A stretch of DNA of 64,000 bases from the NCBI RefSeq assembly GCF_000002075.1, contig NW_004797343.1, positions 1,640,242-1,704,241 of the forward strand. The letters are read 5' to 3'. Shown here one piece after another: positions 59,201-64,000 of this stretch. The notes under the pieces were generated by a model, which saw nothing but the letters and a program-made list of their open reading frames with translations, ran no database searches and had not been told where the DNA came from. The position numbers and the translations under genes are program-made. Numbering within the stretch: position 1 is the stretch's first letter; each line of letters starts with the position of its first letter. The stretch comes from Aplysia californica. Its lineage: Eukaryota.

Positions 59201-62200
59201 CGGAAGGACCCAGTACATCCTCTTGTAGCGATCATGGCCGATATTGATGGCTCGCAGGCGGAGAGATGCTCGGAAAACTTTCTGTCGGTAGGCAGCATGT
59301 TGCTGAATTGGAAAAAGAGAAAATAAAAAATATAAATGCCAGCCTCTCATGATATATTTCAGTATTTGAGGAGGGAGGGGAAAAATGGGGGTGGCAATAT
59401 GAGAGAAACAATTTTTCTCAAAGAAGATTTCTAAAAGCAGAAAAAATACACCTGAATAAAATATCATTTCAAAGTTTTGGAAGCCTTCAATCATATTATC
59501 ACAACCTTCTTTAAATCTAAAACTTCAAAACAAATGTATTTATTTTATAGAAGCATAGTCGAAATCGTCCATAGTTGAGGAGAAAGATGGTCATCTTAGA
59601 CAGGTGTATGTCTTGAAAAGTGTCATTATAATATAGAAAAAACGCAGGGGGGGGGAGGAGAATTGAGAAGTGGTTGTTTGGATAAATAATTTTCTTGGCC
59701 AGATGGCTATAAGGGCAGGTTCGACTGCACTTCTATAAGCATATTCTTCTGACAGGGGTTCTTCAACATTTTATTTTGCCACATTCTTCAGGCTTACGGA
59801 AACATGTTGGCAATTGCAAAACTAAAATCATTTTTAATGACAAATAAAATACACTGAAATCTGCTCAAACAGCCATCTGTCCAAGACAATAACCTGTACA
59901 AATGAACACTTCTTGTTTCCCCCTTCTATTTTTTTATATCGTAATGACACTTTCAAAAAAGACAACCATTCAGATATTTTCTCCTTGAACGCTTTAAACA
60001 ATTTCGATGGTACTGAAATGGTAACTCAGAAACAGTTTTCCCAACAAATCATAACAGAGAGTAAAACATATTACTGTCAGTATAAAAAAATTCAAAAGAT
60101 GAAAAAAAAAAGCTTTCAGTCAGGAGGACTGAGAAAGCTACTTTGTAAGGAAATAAGAACATAAAGCAAAGACATTTCAAAACTAAAGGGGGAAAAGAGA
60201 TGATGTCCAAACTGTAGTCCTTTCCTTCATATCCTCCTTTACAACACAATGATGATATAAAAACATGAAACCTGTCTAAAAATAACCATTTAACGAACAT
60301 TTCCACAATCTGGACTTCACATTTTAGTAAGTAGGAAAATGTAACACCATTAGTGTGTCTCATTTGTTTTTATACAATACATTGCCATTAACTATACAAA
60401 AACATTGTCTATTTACCTTCCTCAGTTTCTCAATCCTCTTATCCGATTCTTCTCTCGACATCGACTCATCCACAGGCTGGTGATTAAAAAACATTTTAAA
60501 AAACACTTCATTACTTCTACATCCAAAAATTATTTGGAAAAAAATGCTTAAGAACTAAAAAAAAAAAAGCATAGTGAAAATGTTTCACTGCTTTTTCGAC
60601 ATACTGCCATACAACTCTAAAAATGTTTACTACATTGTAAAGCAATGCTAAACAGGAATGTTCATTTCTCTTGCGACAGTGAGGAATACAGAAAAGGGAC
60701 TGAAGATAGAAGCCAAAATGGTACCAGAACCATTATTTAAAACAGTTCTAAATATCCAACTTTCAAGGAGCTTGCGTATTTTGAAAAAAGGCCCAAGAAG
60801 TCGTACAAGGTATCACTCTAGGACTCTGGAAACGGGAGACATTTTCAACATGAACATGTAAAATAAATCAAATTTAGAAATGAGTAGTAGATCACAACGT
60901 GCTTGCATAACAGCAAAAACCACTTTTTCAAGACCCACCTATGTGCAACACCCACCTATGTGCAACACCCACCTATGTGCACTATGTGCAACACCCACCT
61001 ATGTGCAACACCCACCTATGTGCAACACCCACCTATGTGCAACACCCACCTATGTGCAACACCCACCTATGTGCACTATGTGCAACACCCACCAGACAAT
61101 CCTAAATCCATTCAATGTAATTGTACAAGTCCCCCCCCCCCCCCAACCCCCCATTGACACAATGTGGATCACTGAGAAGGTGGGCTGCTCCAACCCTGCC
61201 TGTCAGGACCGACCCAGACAGGGAGAGATACAATGTCCCTACAGAAAGACAGAAATGATAGAAATTCTCCCCACAAAACAATCAACCTTGTAACTCAGTG
61301 GCTGGCAGATGCTCTGATGTGGTTTTCTCCTCTTTTCCCATTAAACATCCATCTCTCCTCCTCCTTTTCTTTGTATGATACTCTCTAGTAACACCTTGTA
61401 GTGACTCTCCGAACACTCAATTAACTCACAACACAGCAGCTGACATGATTGTGACTTCGCACGGACTTGGGAAGTGCTCACACGAAAAACACCACCTGAC
61501 CCGACTGTCCTACACGGCCAGTCGAGTAGAAAACTCCGGTGAGTAAAGACCTACCACAACCTCTAATTTTTGGCACCTATTTGTGTTGCAAGTACTGTGA
61601 AATAATTAAATAATAATAGATAATAATAATAGATAGCATTTGTATAGCGCAAATCCCCGCTCAACAGCAGGCTCTATGCGCTTTACACTATATTATTACC
61701 CCAGCAGACCATAGAACACTCCGAAACATTCTCAGCTTCCCGGGAAGCATACAGTGCAAGCAGCTGATTAAGCGCTCAAACACTAACATACTGACAAGAT
61801 CTTTCGCTGTCTATAGCCGGGTACCCATTCCCACCTGGGTGAAGTGAGGAAAATTCGTGTAAAGTGCCTTTCCCAAGGACACAACGTCGGGTCCCTGACG
61901 GGATTCGAACCCACGACCTTACGGTTGCGAGTCCGAGAGCCTAACCACTAGGCCACCGACGCCACAATTATTTAAACTAAACCACAGGGAGCTCACCTCA
62001 AAAGGCATGTTAGGGTTGGTGGAGGTGCTTGCCACTACACTGGAGCTTCCCTCGCTCTCATTGCCACTTCCCTCCTCCTCCTCCTTGTCCTCCTCATCCT
62101 CTTTCTCTTCATCATCATCACTACCCATCTTGGACGAAGACATGGTATCCTCATCTATGTTGCTGATGTTGCTGTTATTTTGGGAGGTGTTAGTGTTGCG

Positions 62201-63146
62201 GCGGTCTGTGGACTTGTGAATCTTGTTGAATTTTCGGGCTTGGAAAACTCTCAACCTAAAGATAAAATTTTTTTAAAACATTCATATGTGTCACCATGCA
62301 GTGGAATCAGGCACTCGTCACTTTTTGGGCATATCGAGTTATTAATATGAACTTAAAACTGCTTTATTTGTCTTAAATTTTGTGGGGAAAAAAACATTTA
62401 TCTTAAATAGAAAACGAAATATTTGCAATTGAAGGGGGCGGGGGTCGCCCGGTGTGAGAGGTAAAATTAGCAAGAAAATGACCACCAAAGTTTGTTGGTA
62501 TCAAAGGCTTGTTGAGTGTCCCCAGAAACTGTAAATTTACACTTGTCATGCCTTTAGTCAACATTTGACTGTAAAATCCACAAATATGTTTTAAAAGAAC
62601 ATATAAGGTGTTGAGTAAAAAAAGACGATTTTTTAAATTGCCCAACACCCCAAAAAAATGCAAATTTCTTTAATTTCATTATTTTGACAGGGCTTAATTT
62701 CACCACAATGCCTCACATTTAGTTGAACCTGTCTAAGACGACTATCCATTGTCAGGAAAAACATGGTCACCTTAGAAGAGCGGTCCACTTGGACAGCGTC
62801 ATTGTAACATAAAGAAAAAAAGCAAGGTGGAAGTGTCTTGGACAGGTAGTTGTTAGAGCATGTTGGAGTATATGNNNNNNNNNNNNNNNNNNNNNNNNNN
62901 NNNNNNNNNNNNNNNNNNNNNNNNNNNNNNNNNNNNNNNNNNNNNNNNNNNNNNNNNNNNNNNNNNNNNNNNNNNNNNNNNNNNNNNNNNNNNNNNNNNN
63001 NNNNNNNNNNNNNNNNNNNNNNNNNNNNNNNNNNNNNNNNNNNNNNNNNNNNNNNNNNNTAGAGAACTTACTGTCGTAGCTGGCCCTCAACAATCCACTT
63101 GTCTCGTCTCAGGTTGTTGATGGCATCCATGTGTTTGTCGATTTCC
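43727..63146 (-). CDS. BAZ2B: Bromodomain adjacent to zinc finger 2B / toutatis-like protein, 3' part (15 exons; 5' exons outside window)
   Basis: Spliced motifs EIDKHMDAINNLRRDKWIVEGQLR, GHDRYKRMYWVLP..GGVYVEG, GWWRI..RGIREKNL, LEERIFHASLQ, IERRYMKPP, WEKSIM, PHD, PHD, bromodomain. All GT-AG; 6259 nt with consistent phases. Confidence 0.92.
44718..44890 (+). mobile_element. Old tRNA-head SINE family (related pieces near 17385, 25020, 25680, 33695, 61150)
   Basis: Degenerate A/B boxes plus shared ctgggacattgtatcc-like block. Confidence 0.45.
45526..45669 (-). CDS. BAZ2B: BAZ2B bromodomain exon (ZA loop)
   Basis: KLLTELEKHEDGWPFLKPVNKKQFPSYRKYIKTPMDFCT. Confidence 0.96.
46317..46780 (+). mobile_element. 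RNase H fragment of an I-group non-LTR retrotransposon, interrupted by an antisense insert
   Basis: DIVIFTDSLSTLETL (from 46321) and VVLQWIPAHTGIPGDERADALAKKGA (from 46564). Confidence 0.85.
46841..47093. mobile_element. MITE family E
   Basis: atatggttgcttttaaggacaag / cttgtgcttagaagcaaccatat. Confidence 0.8.
47141..47531 (-). CDS. BAZ2B: BAZ2B Lys-rich exon into bromodomain start
   Basis: KKRRKRK and PPKKKEKK NLS-like stretches; ends LKDFTSCG; cacag / gtaggt. Confidence 0.87.
47640..48005. repeat. Degenerate ~22-bp minisatellite
   Basis: Recurrent aaaacttcaaa core. Confidence 0.7.
48042..48237 (-). CDS. BAZ2B: BAZ2B linker exon
   Basis: SNSKRSKKRKESLP..VVKEEPQDFDD; ttcag / gtgaga; phases fit neighbours. 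Confidence 0.82.
48400..48577. mobile_element. MITE family F, TA-flanked (copies at 17755-17957, 23867-24052, 43915-44085, 52402-52600, 59556-59727, 62720-62870)
   Basis: TA-cagtc..gactg-TA ends with recurrent ccacctgt / acaggtgg subterminal motifs. Confidence 0.7.
48679..48834 (-). CDS. BAZ2B: BAZ2B exon, second PHD finger
   Basis: CGICGNKGGKMVSCQKCPRCIHLECLDPPLPRTPKRWQCLNC (C4HC3). Confidence 0.93.
49219..49275 (-). CDS. BAZ2B: BAZ2B exon, PHD1 C-half
   Basis: PKMENIPEGDWFCYECVSK. Confidence 0.95.
49795..49884 (-). CDS. BAZ2B: BAZ2B exon, PHD1 N-half
   Basis: TCQICRKDDNEAELLLCDGCDKGFHTYCFK. Confidence 0.95.
50327..50540 (-). CDS. BAZ2B: BAZ2B exon preceding PHD1
   Basis: PPGLLLWRQAV..SPAQLSLCTQLLAKSISWEKSIMRV; ttgcag / gtcagt. 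Confidence 0.9.
51606..51769 (-). CDS. BAZ2B: BAZ2B exon
   Basis: QGWKP..PLDMAISRLLELEANIERRYMKPPLMR; ttacag / gtgagc. Confidence 0.9.
51870..52310 (+). mobile_element. RTE 3' end with reiterated terminus and (GAT)n tails
   Basis: RLVQDREKWKVFV motif; resembles the 3' end of the RTE copy at 3425-3550. Confidence 0.7.
52660..52840 (-). mobile_element. Family C element (other copies near 19150, 24550, 24810, 27945, 30360, 30910, 31720, 32140, 61295, 63285)
   Basis: Matches the family C consensus by eye. Confidence 0.75.
53344..53876 (-). CDS. BAZ2B: BAZ2B exon
   Basis: ..PDDWSVKMMQEIETAALDEVEALEERIFHASLQAK; ttacag / gtgagg. Confidence 0.87.
54348..54527 (-). CDS. BAZ2B: BAZ2B exon (GWW..RGIRE motif)
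   Basis: KQHGWWRIYDIGMLRSVMPLTLSRGIREKNLQR; ctcag / gtatgt. Confidence 0.9.
55723..59302 (-). CDS. BAZ2B: BAZ2B giant exon (3580 nt): WHIM2 start plus long low-complexity region
   Basis: Lies within the 1269-aa ORF; starts QHAAYRQKVF..GHDRYKRMYW after ttcag; ends AEPIPK before gtaagg. Confidence 0.88.
60417..60476 (-). CDS. BAZ2B: BAZ2B 60-nt exon
   Basis: PVDESMSREESDKRIEKLRK; caccag / gtaaat. Confidence 0.82.
60935..61092. repeat. 17-bp minisatellite
   Basis: (atgtgcaacacccacct)n with 9-bp atgtgcact interruptions. Confidence 0.92.
61605..61966 (-). mobile_element. CORE-SINE-like family B, full length
   Basis: Reverse complement matches 16817-17160; partial copies at about 29095-29305 (+) and 44440-44550 (-). 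Confidence 0.78.
61997..62255 (-). CDS. BAZ2B: BAZ2B exon (acidic linker)
   Basis: LRVFQARKFNK..DDDEEKEDEEDKEEEE..MPFE; tttag / gtgagc; phase fits. Confidence 0.85.
63072..63146 (-). CDS. BAZ2B: BAZ2B exon (after WHIM1)
   Basis: EIDKHMDAINNLRRDKWIVEGQLR; catcag / gtaagt. Confidence 0.9.
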
Positions 63147-64000
63147 CTGATGACAAAGTTGATATTGAAAAGAAGTTGGTTATTTAAAAAGTTATTATGA
63201 TTTATGTTATTCTTCACAATTCAGGCAGTCCAGACATTATTTTAACTTTTCAATTTTGCTGTTTTTTCACAGACTAGTATCGCGGATGGTTGGCACGTGT
63301 TCTAATGTGATATCCTCTTTCTTTATTATCGAACATCTATTGCCCTTGCTTCTTCTCCTCTTTCTCTGGGGTTTGTTATTCCCTTGTAACTCTTCTAATC
63401 TTCAGCACTTATATGACCTAAAACTGCAATGCAAATACCATAAAACTCTTACTAAAAAAAAAAAAAAACTAATGTCATACAAAATGAGTTTCAATCCAAT
63501 TTTGGGAAGACAAAAATAGTTTAGTATCTCAGTCTTTCTACTAGGACTCACCCTATACAGCCCAGTCTACTACGGGACGTACAGCCCATATAGCAAGCCT
63601 CAGAAATTACCTACTTTGTACAGATATTGGCACGATGATAAACAACAAATTAGCACTTACCAATGGCACTCTCCAACCATGCAAAATTACAAGGTAAAAA
63701 GAAATACTACCATCATATTAAAATAAAAGTATAATTTCAAATGACAGTCAACTAGCAATCTCAGCATTTCTGGTCTGCAAATTTGTCCCTACTGTGTATA
63801 GACCTAAAACACACAAAGAATCTACATGGGCCTTAACTCTTAGTAGACCCAAAGCCAGTTCAGCCCGTGCTCGATATAGCTCAGTGGTTTACAGTTACAA
63901 AGAAAAATTCTATAAAATCCAAGCAAACAAATCCATCTATCTAAGATCAAACTGTAGGTTTATTGAATGGATACTTCATTTCTACTTAGTTTGGTGCTTA

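Noticed and set aside
59303-59494. N-terminus of the 1269-aa ORF as a gene start
   Set aside because: Intronic read-through upstream of the ttcag acceptor; homology continues in upstream exons.

Overview
AT-rich, repeat-dense eukaryotic (metazoan) genomic DNA with four N gaps. The SINE repertoire suggests a lophotrochozoan, probably a gastropod mollusc (inference). Two convergent spliced genes dominate. The first is a complete UBE2Z-like ubiquitin-conjugating E2 on + (7 coding exons, 10451-20815, 342 aa, all introns GT-AG, phases consistent). The second is the 3' part of a BAZ2B/toutatis-like ISWI-partner gene on - (15 coding exons, 63146-43727, about 2085 aa in the window: WHIM motifs, a 3580-nt exon, tandem PHD fingers, bromodomain); its 5' end lies outside the window. 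Introns and the probably long 3' UTRs contain RTE LINE relics, an RNase H LINE relic, MetaSINE-like and CORE-SINE-like tRNA SINEs, many MITEs and minisatellites. The most interesting signal is a modular set of short retroposons sharing one covarying 3' stem-loop, including an abundant head-less ~175-200 bp element with target-site duplications (TSDs) and a candidate autonomous-partner 3' end. Other notable items are TIR elements with 6-bp TSDs, a palindrome-rich element, and intronic copies of a UBE2Z exon/donor junction. All calls were made by eye; repeat boundaries are approximate and family names need database confirmation.
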